64,000 nt of DNA from Treponema sp. (GTDB taxonomy: Bacteria; Spirochaetota; Spirochaetia; Treponematales; Breznakiellaceae): contig JAAYUZ010000150.1 in the NCBI GenBank assembly GCA_012517385.1, positions 55 to 64,054 of the forward strand. The letters are read 5' to 3'. The notes below the pieces were generated by a model. It ran no database searches. It saw only the letters and a program-made list of their open reading frames with translations, and was not told where the DNA came from. A program made the translations under genes and the position numbers. Positions 44,451-53,515 of this stretch are shown piece by piece. The stretch's first letter is position 1. The number at the start of each line of letters is the position of its first letter.

Positions 44451-44479
44451 AATATAGCTAAAATAATTTTTTTTGTCAA
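44451..44479 (-). promoter_or_regulatory. Sigma70-type promoter for tRNA-Asn
   Basis: Minus strand reads TTGACA (44479-44474), a 17-nt spacer, then TATATT (44456-44451). It lies 27 nt upstream of the mature tRNA 5' end. Confidence 0.6.
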
Positions 44480-44534
44480 TATAGATAGTCTAATTTTTTA
44501 ATTTTGATGGTTTCCATATAAGCGTATATATATT

Positions 44535-44567
44535 AAAAAGCCCTCCTCAGTGCTACTGAGGAGGGCT
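44535..44567 (-). terminator. Rho-independent terminator after the lipoprotein gene
   Basis: agccctcctcag(t)-gct-(a)ctgaggagggct forms a 12-13 bp stem, followed on the minus strand by TTTTTAATAT. It lies 13 nt after the stop at 44580. Confidence 0.8.
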
Positions 44568-44579
44568 TTGAATTAGTAA

Positions 44580-45383
44580 TTAATTCATGAAATCTGTAGG
44601 ATCAACCATATTTATTTCATCCAAAGATAAGCTTATTGAATATTTTAATTCATTATTGTCATCGTATACTTTAAGTGTTGCCTGCTTGGATTCTAATGCG
44701 GTCTGTAAATCCGATAAATCGCTCTCACTCATCATATTGATATTATTTTTACTATAATTAAAGGCGTAGCTGAGTATAAACTTTGCACCGGCCCCATCAC
44801 TACGTTTTACAGAAATGGCATAACCCGCTTGTACCCCCATTGCAAGATCCATATCCATAGATACTGGAGAACTATTAGAATCTGTTGCAACATCCATATT
44901 ATAATTCATCTGCATGTTACTAATAACCTTTCCGTTATAGGTATGATTCGGTTGTGGTTCAAATGATTCATCTGGTGAAGTTACTGATGTGGTCATTGAA
45001 CCTGTGATAGTGATAGTCCCTCCGCCAATAGTTAATGTGTAATCTAAAGGTGTGGTTTGGCTCTCGGTTGCTCTGGCAAGTATATTTTTATTTGCTGCCA
45101 TTTCAAGCGATTTTATATTTTTTGATAATATCTGCGGAGACACAGAACCTGAGGAATCAGCGGTTGCTAAACCTGTTCCAAATGTGGAAAAAGCTTGTAA
45201 GAACAGGGTCTTTGCTTCTGTATCAGTTCCCGGCACAGTTCCGCCAGAAGCTGGTAGAGCTGAAGGACTACCCATATCGGGGGCACTCGGCCCACTCGCT
45301 GTGTCATTTGTACCTAGCAGATCACATCCTGTGACTACAAGAATTGCAGCCATAATTAAGGCTCCAACATACCGTTTTTTCAT
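44580..45383 (-). CDS. Hypothetical lipoprotein (AT-rich gene)
   Basis: Signal peptide with lipobox VVTGC. Ser/Thr/Asn-rich 267-aa body with no recognisable motif. Confidence 0.6.
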   Translation of the reverse strand: MKKRYVGALIMAAILVVTGCDLLGTNDTASGPSAPDMGSPSALPASGGTVPGTDTEAKTLFLQAFSTFGTGLATADSSGSVSPQILSKNIKSLEMAANKNILARATESQTTPLDYTLTIGGGTITITGSMTTSVTSPDESFEPQPNHTYNGKVISNMQMNYNMDVATDSNSSPVSMDMDLAMGVQAGYAISVKRSDGAGAKFILSYAFNYSKNNINMMSESDLSDLQTALESKQATLKVYDDNNELKYSISLSLDEINMVDPTDFMN

Positions 45384-45583
45384 CTTAATACTCCTTATTC
45401 ACTATAAGAATAATTTAGCTAAAAGGATTGATAGTATTGTATCATTACAAATTTTTAAAAGGCAATCGCCTTTTTAAAATTATGTATAATAATATTTTAT
45501 ATAATTGATATTTTTGATTATTATCGTTTAATAGACAGGCCCACTATTACAGCTTTATTTTCCTCTGCTACAATGGGTGCAGC

Positions 45584-46864
45584 ATGAATGATGATTTAAA
45601 GAGCAGCGATAAAGACACGACGGAAACGTATCATATCAGGATATGGACCAGATTTGTACTCATTATGGGGGCATGTGTCCTCTATATCCTCGCAGAGGCT
45701 CGTTTTAATCAAGCATACAGGGGAACTATTTTTGAAAATTCCTTTGCACAAATTAAATTTGTTTTTAAGCTTCTGCCTCTTTTAGCACCCCTTATGTTCC
45801 TGCCGGCAATTCCGGTCATCAATCTGGCTGTGTTAGGGACCCAGGGGTTGCTCCTCTTCATTGCGTTGGGTATCGGTCCGGACTTTACTCTGCTCATTCC
45901 TATGCAAATTCCGCTCCTTGTGGCAGTGACACTGCAATTACAAAACATCCAGGCCATATTCTGGATCCTGTTTTCCGATGGAACCATACTTGCTGCTTTA
46001 CAGCCCCATAATGCCTGGGGGGAACCGGTTAACGCAGGGACCCTGTACCAGGGACTTCTGTACACAGCTTTAACAGCCATTGTATCCGCCCTTTTTCTCT
46101 TATTAAAAAACCAAAGCAACCGCCTTACTGCATTGCAGGCAGCGGTTGAACGTCTTGATAGGGCTTATCAGAAGGTGGTGGATGCAAACCTGGATTTCCA
46201 GACCTATGCCCTCTTTGCCCGGGAGGAAGCCATGGAAAAGGAACGGCGAAGGCTCGCGGGGGAATTGCATGACATCATTGGCTATTCTCTTACCAATGTG
46301 ATCATGCTTATACAGGCAGCACAAATCGGCAAAGGTGACAGCGAACAGACCCATGCAATTCTGGAAAAGGCCAGGCTCCATGCAGATGAAAGTCTCCGAG
46401 AAGCACGGCAAACCCTGGCAGCCCTCCGTACTGAGGCGGTTGAACGGCCCCGGGGGGCAAACCTCTTTCTCAAGTTAACCAAGACATTCCAGGAAGTCAC
46501 GGGAATTCTCATCAATATTGATTTTGCAAATATGCCCTCTGAACTACCTGCCGAGGTTGAAAAACTCCTGTACCGGCTCATTCAAGAGGGACTGACCAAT
46601 GCATTCCGTCATGGAAAAGCAAGTGAGGTACATATCAGTTTCTGGTATGATAGAGGGAACCTTACCATTAGGATTCGAGATAATGGCCGGGGGGAGACTC
46701 TGGAAGCCAATGAAGAAGGGACACTCAGCTCAGAACGACCAGGTATCGGCCTTGCCGGCCTACGGGAACAGGTAGAACAACGGGGTGGCCGATTTCAGGC
46801 TGGAGCAGTGATGGGCGGATTTTTACTGGAAGCCACCTTACCAAAGGAATGCAATAATGGGTGA
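45584..46864 (+). CDS. Sensor histidine kinase (HisKA_3/NarL-partner type) with polytopic N-terminal sensor
   Basis: H-box LAGELHDIIGYSL. ATPase motifs LIQEGLTNAFRHGKA, RDNGRG and GIGLAGLREQVEQRGG. About 5 N-terminal TM helices. Confidence 0.85.
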   Translation: MNDDLKSSDKDTTETYHIRIWTRFVLIMGACVLYILAEARFNQAYRGTIFENSFAQIKFVFKLLPLLAPLMFLPAIPVINLAVLGTQGLLLFIALGIGPDFTLLIPMQIPLLVAVTLQLQNIQAIFWILFSDGTILAALQPHNAWGEPVNAGTLYQGLLYTALTAIVSALFLLLKNQSNRLTALQAAVERLDRAYQKVVDANLDFQTYALFAREEAMEKERRRLAGELHDIIGYSLTNVIMLIQAAQIGKGDSEQTHAILEKARLHADESLREARQTLAALRTEAVERPRGANLFLKLTKTFQEVTGILINIDFANMPSELPAEVEKLLYRLIQEGLTNAFRHGKASEVHISFWYDRGNLTIRIRDNGRGETLEANEEGTLSSERPGIGLAGLREQVEQRGGRFQAGAVMGGFLLEATLPKECNNG

Positions 46865-47552
46865 CAAATTGATTACAATTTTACTGGCCGATGATCAATA
46901 TCTGTTTCTCGAAAGCTTAAAACTGGTTCTAGAAAGCCTGGCTGAAGACCTGCGGGTAGTAGGAACGGTCAGCAATGGGGAGGAAGCTCTGGCCTTTCTG
47001 GAAAGACAGCAGGTTGATGTGGTCTTGTTAGATGTCCGTATGCCCATCATGGATGGTGTCCAAGCTGCATGGGAGATCCGAAAACGCTGGCCAGAAATTT
47101 CGGTCATTATGCTTACCACCTTTGAAGATGATGAATATGTTGCGGAGGCTCTCCAGCGGGGCGCCCAGGGATATTTGCTTAAAAATATTGCGCCCCATAT
47201 GCTAGTCTCAGCAATCCGTGCAGTACGGGATGGTTCTATTCTGATTGCGCCGGATATAGCAGGTCACCTGGCTATGGCCCTCGCCGGATCCAGAAGTACG
47301 GATACTTCCGGCAGCCACCAGGCTGCGGCACTAAAACTTCCAGACTGGTACTACAATCTGACACCCCGGGACAAAACAATCATCACCTATATATTAAAAG
47401 GAATGACCAACAAGGAGATTGCTGCAGCAGCTCATCTGGGAGAACAAACGGTTCGCAATTACATATCGGCCCTGTATGATAAACTGCAAGTTTCGGACCG
47501 GCGAGAAGCCATCAATGTATTGCGTTCTATTGACCCCTGCTGGTATGTGTAG
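46857..47552 (+). CDS. Response regulator, LuxR/NarL family
   Basis: Receiver domain (LLADDQ...DVVLLDVRMP...) plus a LuxR HTH (MTNKEIAAAAHLGEQTVRNYISALYDKLQVSDRREA). 8-nt overlap with the kinase gene. Confidence 0.9.
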   Translation: MGDKLITILLADDQYLFLESLKLVLESLAEDLRVVGTVSNGEEALAFLERQQVDVVLLDVRMPIMDGVQAAWEIRKRWPEISVIMLTTFEDDEYVAEALQRGAQGYLLKNIAPHMLVSAIRAVRDGSILIAPDIAGHLAMALAGSRSTDTSGSHQAAALKLPDWYYNLTPRDKTIITYILKGMTNKEIAAAAHLGEQTVRNYISALYDKLQVSDRREAINVLRSIDPCWYV

Positions 47553-47688
47553 ATCCCACTACAGATTACAATAAAAGTACAAAATCGATTACTTCTATAA
47601 CTATTATTTTTGACAAAGCCGCTGGATACTGAGAATACGGGTCCTGTTACAACCGGGATACCGGAATCTTTTAGAAAAGGAGCAGACT

Positions 47689-48969
47689 ATGAAAAAGAAT
47701 TTGGTTATCCTTGCAGCTCTGGCACTGCTTAGTAATAGCGTGCTGGTATTTGCAGGCGGAGGAACCGAATCAGCTGCAGGCGGAGCAAAGGAACCTGTAA
47801 AGCTGGTCATGGGGTCCTGGCGGGCCGATGATGTCGAGCAGATGAAGGGCTTATTGGCTGAATATTCCAAGACCCATCCAAATGTAATTATTGAGTTTAA
47901 ACCCACAAATCCACCAGATTACAATGCAACCCTCAGGCTCCAGCTTACCAGCGGAACCGGACCGGATCTCATGTATGCCCGTTCCTATGCAACAGGGCTG
48001 CAGCTTTTTAATGATGGATTCTTTGCGGATGTCAGCAGCATCCCTGGTCTTAAGGAAAACTTCACCGAAGGTGCCCGGTCCCCTTGGATGACAGCGGACG
48101 GGAAATCCTTCGCGGTTCCCTTTGTGGCAGTATCCCATGGGGTATACTATAACAAAGATATATTTAAAAAGCTTGGGCTCAGCATCCCCGAAACCTGGGA
48201 AGATTTCCTAAAAGTCTGTGACAAGATTAAGGCTGCGGGCATTACACCGGTGGCTAACAGTCTGGGTGATGAATGGGATATTGCTGAAGTGGTCTTTATG
48301 AGTATTGCCCCAAACTTTATTGGTGGCAGGGAAGGTCGGCTTGCATACGAAAGCGGCAAACGGCCCTGGAATGATGCAAACATGGTAGCCACATTTCAGG
48401 CTATGAAAGACCTGGTTCCTTATCTGCCCGCAGGGTTCGAAGCCCTGACTTATAATGATTCAAATGCGCTCTTTGCCACAGGTAAGGCTGCCATGTATTT
48501 TGATGGTTCCTGGACCTTAGGGACCTTTAAGGATGTACCCTTCCAGTGGGGTGTGTTTGCTCCGCCTCCACCAAAGGGAAAGGCTCCTCAGATCTGTTTC
48601 CATGCCGATGCGGGTATTGCGATGAATACCAAAACTAAATATCCAAAAGAGGCCTCTGAATTTCTTGCATGGATTGCATCAAAGGACGGTGCAACCATTG
48701 CTGCGAAGTACCTGCCTACGGGCTTTTATCCAATGATTAATGCAAAAATCACCATTGCTGACCCCCATGCTAATGAAATGCTCGCCCTGAACCAGGGCCG
48801 CGGACTTGATGTCCGTCTTGCATGGCCCCGGCTCATGGAAGGGGAACCCTCAGGGTATAACCTCATCATGTATGGCTCTATTCAGGTGATGAAGGGTATA
48901 AAGACCCCGCAGCAGGCAGCGGATGATCTTGCTGCAGGTCTTGCTAAGTGGTTCAAACCAACAAAGTAG
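47689..48969 (+). CDS. ABC sugar transporter, extracellular solute-binding protein
   Basis: Signal peptide plus a family-1 SBP pattern (GSWRADDVEQM..., GPDLMYA, YFDGSW). Confidence 0.85.
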   Translation: MKKNLVILAALALLSNSVLVFAGGGTESAAGGAKEPVKLVMGSWRADDVEQMKGLLAEYSKTHPNVIIEFKPTNPPDYNATLRLQLTSGTGPDLMYARSYATGLQLFNDGFFADVSSIPGLKENFTEGARSPWMTADGKSFAVPFVAVSHGVYYNKDIFKKLGLSIPETWEDFLKVCDKIKAAGITPVANSLGDEWDIAEVVFMSIAPNFIGGREGRLAYESGKRPWNDANMVATFQAMKDLVPYLPAGFEALTYNDSNALFATGKAAMYFDGSWTLGTFKDVPFQWGVFAPPPPKGKAPQICFHADAGIAMNTKTKYPKEASEFLAWIASKDGATIAAKYLPTGFYPMINAKITIADPHANEMLALNQGRGLDVRLAWPRLMEGEPSGYNLIMYGSIQVMKGIKTPQQAADDLAAGLAKWFKPTK

Positions 48970-48980
48970 TAGATACAATA

Positions 48981-49024
48981 AACAGTGCCCCCTTTTAATA
49001 GGTATTTTCAGAGGAGGCACTGTT
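48981..49024 (+). other. Intercistronic inverted repeat between the SBP and permease genes
   Basis: aacagtgcc-N26-ggcactgtt, a 9-bp stem. It could be an mRNA stability element. Function not established. Confidence 0.25.
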
Positions 49025-49062
49025 AAAAGAAGCACAGAACAGGTTACAGGAGGACGAGCAGG

Positions 49063-50019
49063 ATGATACAACTAAATCGCCAGAGTACATTGAGGCAGCG
49101 TGGCGGGACAGCATTGCGATGGTTAATCTATCTCGCACCGGCCCTCCTCCTTTATACCGCTTTCATGGCCTTTCCACTCTTTGATTCGGTGCGTCTGTCC
49201 TTTTTTAAGTCCGGTTCTTTTTTATCAAAAGACTTTGTCGGATTTGATAATTATATACGGCTGTTTCTAGACAAACAGAATGCGCTTCGATTCTGGAGTG
49301 CCTTTGGCAACACTTGGTATTTTTTCTTTATCCACATGGTGGTGCAAAATATTCTTGGTATTCTCTTTGCGGTTCTGTTAATGGAAAAGGGACTGAAAGG
49401 TGCCGGTATATACCGGACGATTATATTCATTCCTGCAACCCTGGCAGTACTGGTAACGGGCTATCTTTGGAAGTTAATTCTGAATCCCCAATGGGGGGCT
49501 CTTGCTATTTTGCTTAACAAACTGGGTCTTACCCAGTTTTCACTTCCCTGGCTGGGAGATGCCCGGTACGCCCTGACCACCGTCTCTCTGGTATCGGCTT
49601 GGCAATGGGTTGGCATGCCCACCATGATGTTCCTTGCGGGGCTGCAAAATATCAGTGACGATATGTATGAAGCTGCGGATATAGCAGGAGCCACTAAGCT
49701 GCAGACCTTCTGGTATATTACATTGCCACTGCTCCGTCCGGTTATAGGTATCGTTACTATTCTTACCTTTGTAGGCAATTTTAACGCCTTTGATGTGGTT
49801 TTCGCCATGGAAAATGTGAACGGAGCTCCCCTATATTCAACCGATATCATGGGAACCCTGTTTTACCGTGTGGGTATAGCAGGCCAACACCCGGTCAGTA
49901 TTCCCGATCCCGGGATGGGTGCGGCTATTGCAACTACTACGTTTCTGATCCTGGCCCTGGGTTCAGCCCTGGTTCTCAGACTTACCAGTGAATCTACCGA
50001 AAAGCAGGCAAGAATATGA
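49063..50019 (+). CDS. ABC sugar transporter permease (MalF/UgpA-like)
   Basis: 6-TM permease with an EAA-type loop (YEAADIAGATKLQTFWYITLPLLRP). Confidence 0.85.
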   Translation: MIQLNRQSTLRQRGGTALRWLIYLAPALLLYTAFMAFPLFDSVRLSFFKSGSFLSKDFVGFDNYIRLFLDKQNALRFWSAFGNTWYFFFIHMVVQNILGILFAVLLMEKGLKGAGIYRTIIFIPATLAVLVTGYLWKLILNPQWGALAILLNKLGLTQFSLPWLGDARYALTTVSLVSAWQWVGMPTMMFLAGLQNISDDMYEAADIAGATKLQTFWYITLPLLRPVIGIVTILTFVGNFNAFDVVFAMENVNGAPLYSTDIMGTLFYRVGIAGQHPVSIPDPGMGAAIATTTFLILALGSALVLRLTSESTEKQARI

Positions 50020-50846
50020 AACTTAGACCTAAAAAAGCCCACTTTTTCACCCATGGGGTGCTCTCTGTGTGGACCATACTTGTTCTTTTTCCCCTGTGGA
50101 CAATGATAGTAAACTCCTTTAAGCAAAAGTATGACATATACCGGGATCCCTTTGGGCTGCCCCATGTGTGGAATTTCCAGAGCTATCTGTCGGTTTTACA
50201 GGATAGTGATTTTATATTGTTCTTTAGAAACAGTCTCTTTGTCACGATTGGTTCCATCCTGGCAGTTCTGCTGTTTGGGGCTCTGGCAGCATACGCCCTG
50301 GCAAATTGGCGTGACAGGGCAAGCCGATGGATTTATGCGTTTTTTGTTGCAGGGATGATGCTCCCTATAAAAATCGGATCCATACGTCTTTTGCAAATGG
50401 TAAAAGCCCTGGGTCTCATCAACACCATATACAGTCTGTTTCCCGTGTATATTGCAATGGGGCTCCCTATTGCCGTGTTTGTACTTACCGAATTTATCCA
50501 AGAAATACCCTATGAACTTACCGAAGCCGCGGTAATAGATGGAGCTGGACGTTTTAAAATATTCCATGCCATTATTATTCATCTGCTCAGGCCCGCCTTG
50601 GCTACAGTTGCAATTTTTAACCTGGTACCCTTCTGGAACGATCTCTGGTTTCCTTTAATCTTTATAAATAGTGACAAACACAAAACCCTTCTGCTGGGTG
50701 TGACCCGGCTTTTCGGGCAATATCAAACCGATTGGTCTAAAATTCTTGCGGTCCTGACCTTGGCAGCAGTTCCTGTCATTCTGCTCTATCTGTCCATGTC
50801 AAAACAGTTTATTAAGGGTCTAACCGCTGGTGCAGTAAAGGGTTAG
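50016..50846 (+). CDS. ABC sugar transporter permease (MalG/UgpE-like)
   Basis: 4-nt overlap with the upstream permease gene. EAA loop TEAAVIDGAGRFKIFHAIIIHLLRP. Confidence 0.85.
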   Translation: MKLRPKKAHFFTHGVLSVWTILVLFPLWTMIVNSFKQKYDIYRDPFGLPHVWNFQSYLSVLQDSDFILFFRNSLFVTIGSILAVLLFGALAAYALANWRDRASRWIYAFFVAGMMLPIKIGSIRLLQMVKALGLINTIYSLFPVYIAMGLPIAVFVLTEFIQEIPYELTEAAVIDGAGRFKIFHAIIIHLLRPALATVAIFNLVPFWNDLWFPLIFINSDKHKTLLLGVTRLFGQYQTDWSKILAVLTLAAVPVILLYLSMSKQFIKGLTAGAVKG

Positions 50847-50918
50847 AAAAAGTTAAATATTTATCGACTGTTGCAAGGCCGCCCCGCTTCTGCTATGATG
50901 AGGAAAGGAGCGGTACCG

Positions 50919-51278
50919 ATGACAGTGCGAGAAGCGGTGCAGGTCGTGGAAGGACAGTTTTATTGCGGTGAAGAATGGGCTGACAGCACGGAGGTTCATT
51001 CGGCCTGCGGGGCGGACTTGATGAGCGATGTGATGGCCTTTGTAAAGGAGCAGGTGCTGCTCCTGACCGGCCTTGTAAATCCCCAGGTTATCAGGACCGC
51101 AGAACTGCTGGATATAAAGGTGATTGTCTTTGTGCGGGGAAAACACCCGACCCTGGATATGGTAGATATGGCCCGGGATGCCCAGATTATACTGGCGGGT
51201 ACAAAGTATCCCATGTACATTGCATGCGGCAAACTGTATGAGGCGGGGCTCCGTTCCGGCGGGACCCGGAAAATCTAA
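50919..51278 (+). CDS. Small DRTGG-domain-like protein
   Basis: Start at MTVREAV (AGGAG upstream). ACGADLMSDVMAFVKEQVLLLTGLVNPQVIRTAELLDIKVIVFVRGKHP resembles stand-alone DRTGG-domain proteins. Confidence 0.5.
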   Translation: MTVREAVQVVEGQFYCGEEWADSTEVHSACGADLMSDVMAFVKEQVLLLTGLVNPQVIRTAELLDIKVIVFVRGKHPTLDMVDMARDAQIILAGTKYPMYIACGKLYEAGLRSGGTRKI

Positions 51279-51896
51279 GTGGCCCTTCCAACTCTGGCGG
51301 AACAAAAAAAGGCCCTCCGACAGGAAATCCGGCTCCGGCTGAAAAACCTTCCAGCCCACTATTTTCACCACGCGGGACGTGCCGCGGCAGAACGACTTAA
51401 TCAGCATCCACGCTGGCAGCAGGCCCAGGCGGTGCTCCTCTATGCATCCCTGCCAACCGAAATCGACACAGCCCCCATGTTCCGCCTGGCCCGTCAAGAT
51501 GGGAAAGGGGTCTTTTATCCAAAGATAGTGGGAGAGGACATCCAATTCTATCAGGTTGATGATGAGAAGGACCTCATTCCTCAGGGACCCTTGCACATTC
51601 CGGAACCAGGTCCTGGGGCTGTAAGCCTTACCGAATGGGCCGCAGCACAGAGCACCCAACCGGTTCATGTGTGCGGGATCATTCCCGGCCTGGCCTTTGA
51701 CCGGCAGGGCAGCCGGCTCGGCAAAGGTAAGGGCTACTATGACCGCTTCCTTTCATCAATCTGTACGACCTCTTCTACTCTGGATTTGTATACTATCGCC
51801 CTCTGTCTCCCCGAACAGCTCATAGACCAGGTTCCCCGGGGCACCCAGGATTGGCCAGTCCAGGAAATCATCCTCATCGATGGGGCGGCCCACTAA
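51279..51896 (+). CDS. 5-formyltetrahydrofolate cyclo-ligase
   Basis: GLAFDRQGSRLGKGKGYYDRFL signature. The GTG start immediately follows the upstream stop. Confidence 0.8.
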   Translation: MALPTLAEQKKALRQEIRLRLKNLPAHYFHHAGRAAAERLNQHPRWQQAQAVLLYASLPTEIDTAPMFRLARQDGKGVFYPKIVGEDIQFYQVDDEKDLIPQGPLHIPEPGPGAVSLTEWAAAQSTQPVHVCGIIPGLAFDRQGSRLGKGKGYYDRFLSSICTTSSTLDLYTIALCLPEQLIDQVPRGTQDWPVQEIILIDGAAH

Positions 51897-51951
51897 CACA
51901 GGGGCTTGCCCCGATGGCGTATATTTTTTACCTTTATACAAGAGGTACTTT

Positions 51952-52548
51952 ATGGCACGGATAAAAAGCGCACTTGAACTTGCTCTGGAACGCACTGAAT
52001 CGGTAAAAAGCGACAAGGAAAGTATTGAACTCTTTGAATTAAAACGGGAAGGGAAAAAGCTCGCCGGGGCCTTCCTGGAAAATCCGGATGAAAAAAAATT
52101 AGAAGAAACCATAAAAAAATATCCAAAGGATAAACAAGGGGCTCTGAAACAGGGTATGTTTGATGTCCTGGTATCCCAGATTCGTCTGCCTGCGACCCAG
52201 GACGATATAGCAAAACAGGATGCGGTCGGCAAAGCAATTCAGTTTCTCGTAAATGACCGCCGCTTTGGCCAGCTGTTCGGTCAACTGGTTCAGGCTTTTC
52301 AGCGCTATCTTGCAGAGGTAGAACAGTTTGATCAGGCTATTCGCCGCCAGTATGCGCCAAAGCTCCGCCAAAAGGAAGAAGAGCTTGCCCGGCGTTTAGG
52401 GCGGGCAGTACAACTGGATCCTTTCCAGGACCCGGAATTTGTGAATTTTTATAACCAGAACATGAATGCCCTTAAGGGCCGCTATGAAGAAGCTATCGAA
52501 CAGGTCCGGGACCAGGCTACGAAGCTCTTTGAGGCTGCTCAGAAATAG
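51952..52548 (+). CDS. Hypothetical helical protein
   Basis: ATG at 51952 (MARIKSALELALERTESV...). 198 aa, charged and probably coiled-coil, with no recognisable motif. Confidence 0.55.
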   Translation: MARIKSALELALERTESVKSDKESIELFELKREGKKLAGAFLENPDEKKLEETIKKYPKDKQGALKQGMFDVLVSQIRLPATQDDIAKQDAVGKAIQFLVNDRRFGQLFGQLVQAFQRYLAEVEQFDQAIRRQYAPKLRQKEEELARRLGRAVQLDPFQDPEFVNFYNQNMNALKGRYEEAIEQVRDQATKLFEAAQK

Positions 52549-52738
52549 GTGAAGCAGGGACTGAAGCCCCAAGTTGTGTCCCCCAAGTTTGGTTTCCCAA
52601 GTTCAGCCCGCTGAATAGGGGGTGCCTATTCGGCCCCCTCCCTGTTCGGTGGCACCTGATTCGGTGCCCACAATTCTGGGTTCCCCCAATTCGGGGGCGG
52701 CCTGCTGGCTACTGAGCCCTGGACGCCGTCATAGCGGC

Positions 52739-53248
52739 TTATAAGAGGGCTTTTACCGCTTCCAGGGCTTTAGCATAATCCGGTTCCTGACCGATTTCAG
52801 GAACCTGCTCGGTATAGCGCACCGTATTAGACCCATCGAGAACCACAACTGCCCGGCTCAGAATACCCGCCAGGGGACCATCCAGGATTTCCACCCCATA
52901 ATCTTTCCCAAAGGACTTATCCCGCATCTGTGATAGGGTTACGATATGCTTCACTCCCTCTGTCTTGCAGAATCGGCTGGATGCAAAGGGAAGGTCGCAG
53001 GATATATTCAGGACCACCACATTAGAAAGTTTTGCGACCTCTGCATCGAACTTTTTAGCTGACAGAGCACAGACAGAGGTATCCAGACTGGGTACGATAT
53101 TCAGAATCTTAATGTTCTGTCCATAGTCAGCCAGGCGGCGGTCCGCAAGATTTTCATCAACCAGACGAAAGTCTGGAGCCTTTGTACCGACGGCGGGTAG
53201 ATTCCCGACTGTAGAAATGGGATTGCCCTTTAAAGTTATTCGAGCCAT
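52739..53248 (-). CDS. tpx: Thiol peroxidase (Tpx, atypical 2-Cys peroxiredoxin)
   Basis: GTKAPDFRLVD...PSLDTSVCA (peroxidatic Cys) and a later CDLPFA (resolving Cys region). 169 aa. Confidence 0.9.
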   Translation of the reverse strand: MARITLKGNPISTVGNLPAVGTKAPDFRLVDENLADRRLADYGQNIKILNIVPSLDTSVCALSAKKFDAEVAKLSNVVVLNISCDLPFASSRFCKTEGVKHIVTLSQMRDKSFGKDYGVEILDGPLAGILSRAVVVLDGSNTVRYTEQVPEIGQEPDYAKALEAVKALL

Positions 53249-53308
53249 AAAATCCTCCTATATATTACTTTAAAAGTAATAATCATGACAGAAAAATGCA
53301 AGAAATTT

Positions 53309-53461
53309 GAGCCTCTTTCAAAAGTCTGTTACTTTTGAAAGAGGCTCTTGCAGTATTTTTGCAATTTAAATATAAATATTTATTAGATAAAGAATAGCAA
53401 AAATACTGCATATACATCTAGGGTAGCTTTTTCAAAACTCCCTGAGTTTTGAAAAAGCCTC
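53309..53461 (+). repeat. 153-bp triple-hairpin intergenic repeat, copy C
   Basis: gagcctctttcaaaagt-ctgtt-acttttgaaagaggctc, then tgcagtatttttgc...gcaaaaatactgca, then hairpin 3 (ctttttcaaaactc-cct-gagttttgaaaaag). Confidence 0.9.
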
Positions 53462-53515
53462 ATTTAATATTGATGAACCCTTGCCGTATTTACTATACAG
53501 GTGTATAGTCTATTT

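Noticed and set aside
47622-47650. Possible sigma70 promoter (TTGACA ... GAGAAT/GAATAC) upstream of the sugar-binding protein gene
   Set aside because: The -35 is perfect, but the best -10 candidates have either a 15-nt spacer or a poor hexamer. That is not enough support to report it as a feature.
50853-51668. 271-aa minus-strand ORF
   Set aside because: It is antisense to the DRTGG-like and 5-formyltetrahydrofolate cyclo-ligase genes, both of which carry family motifs.
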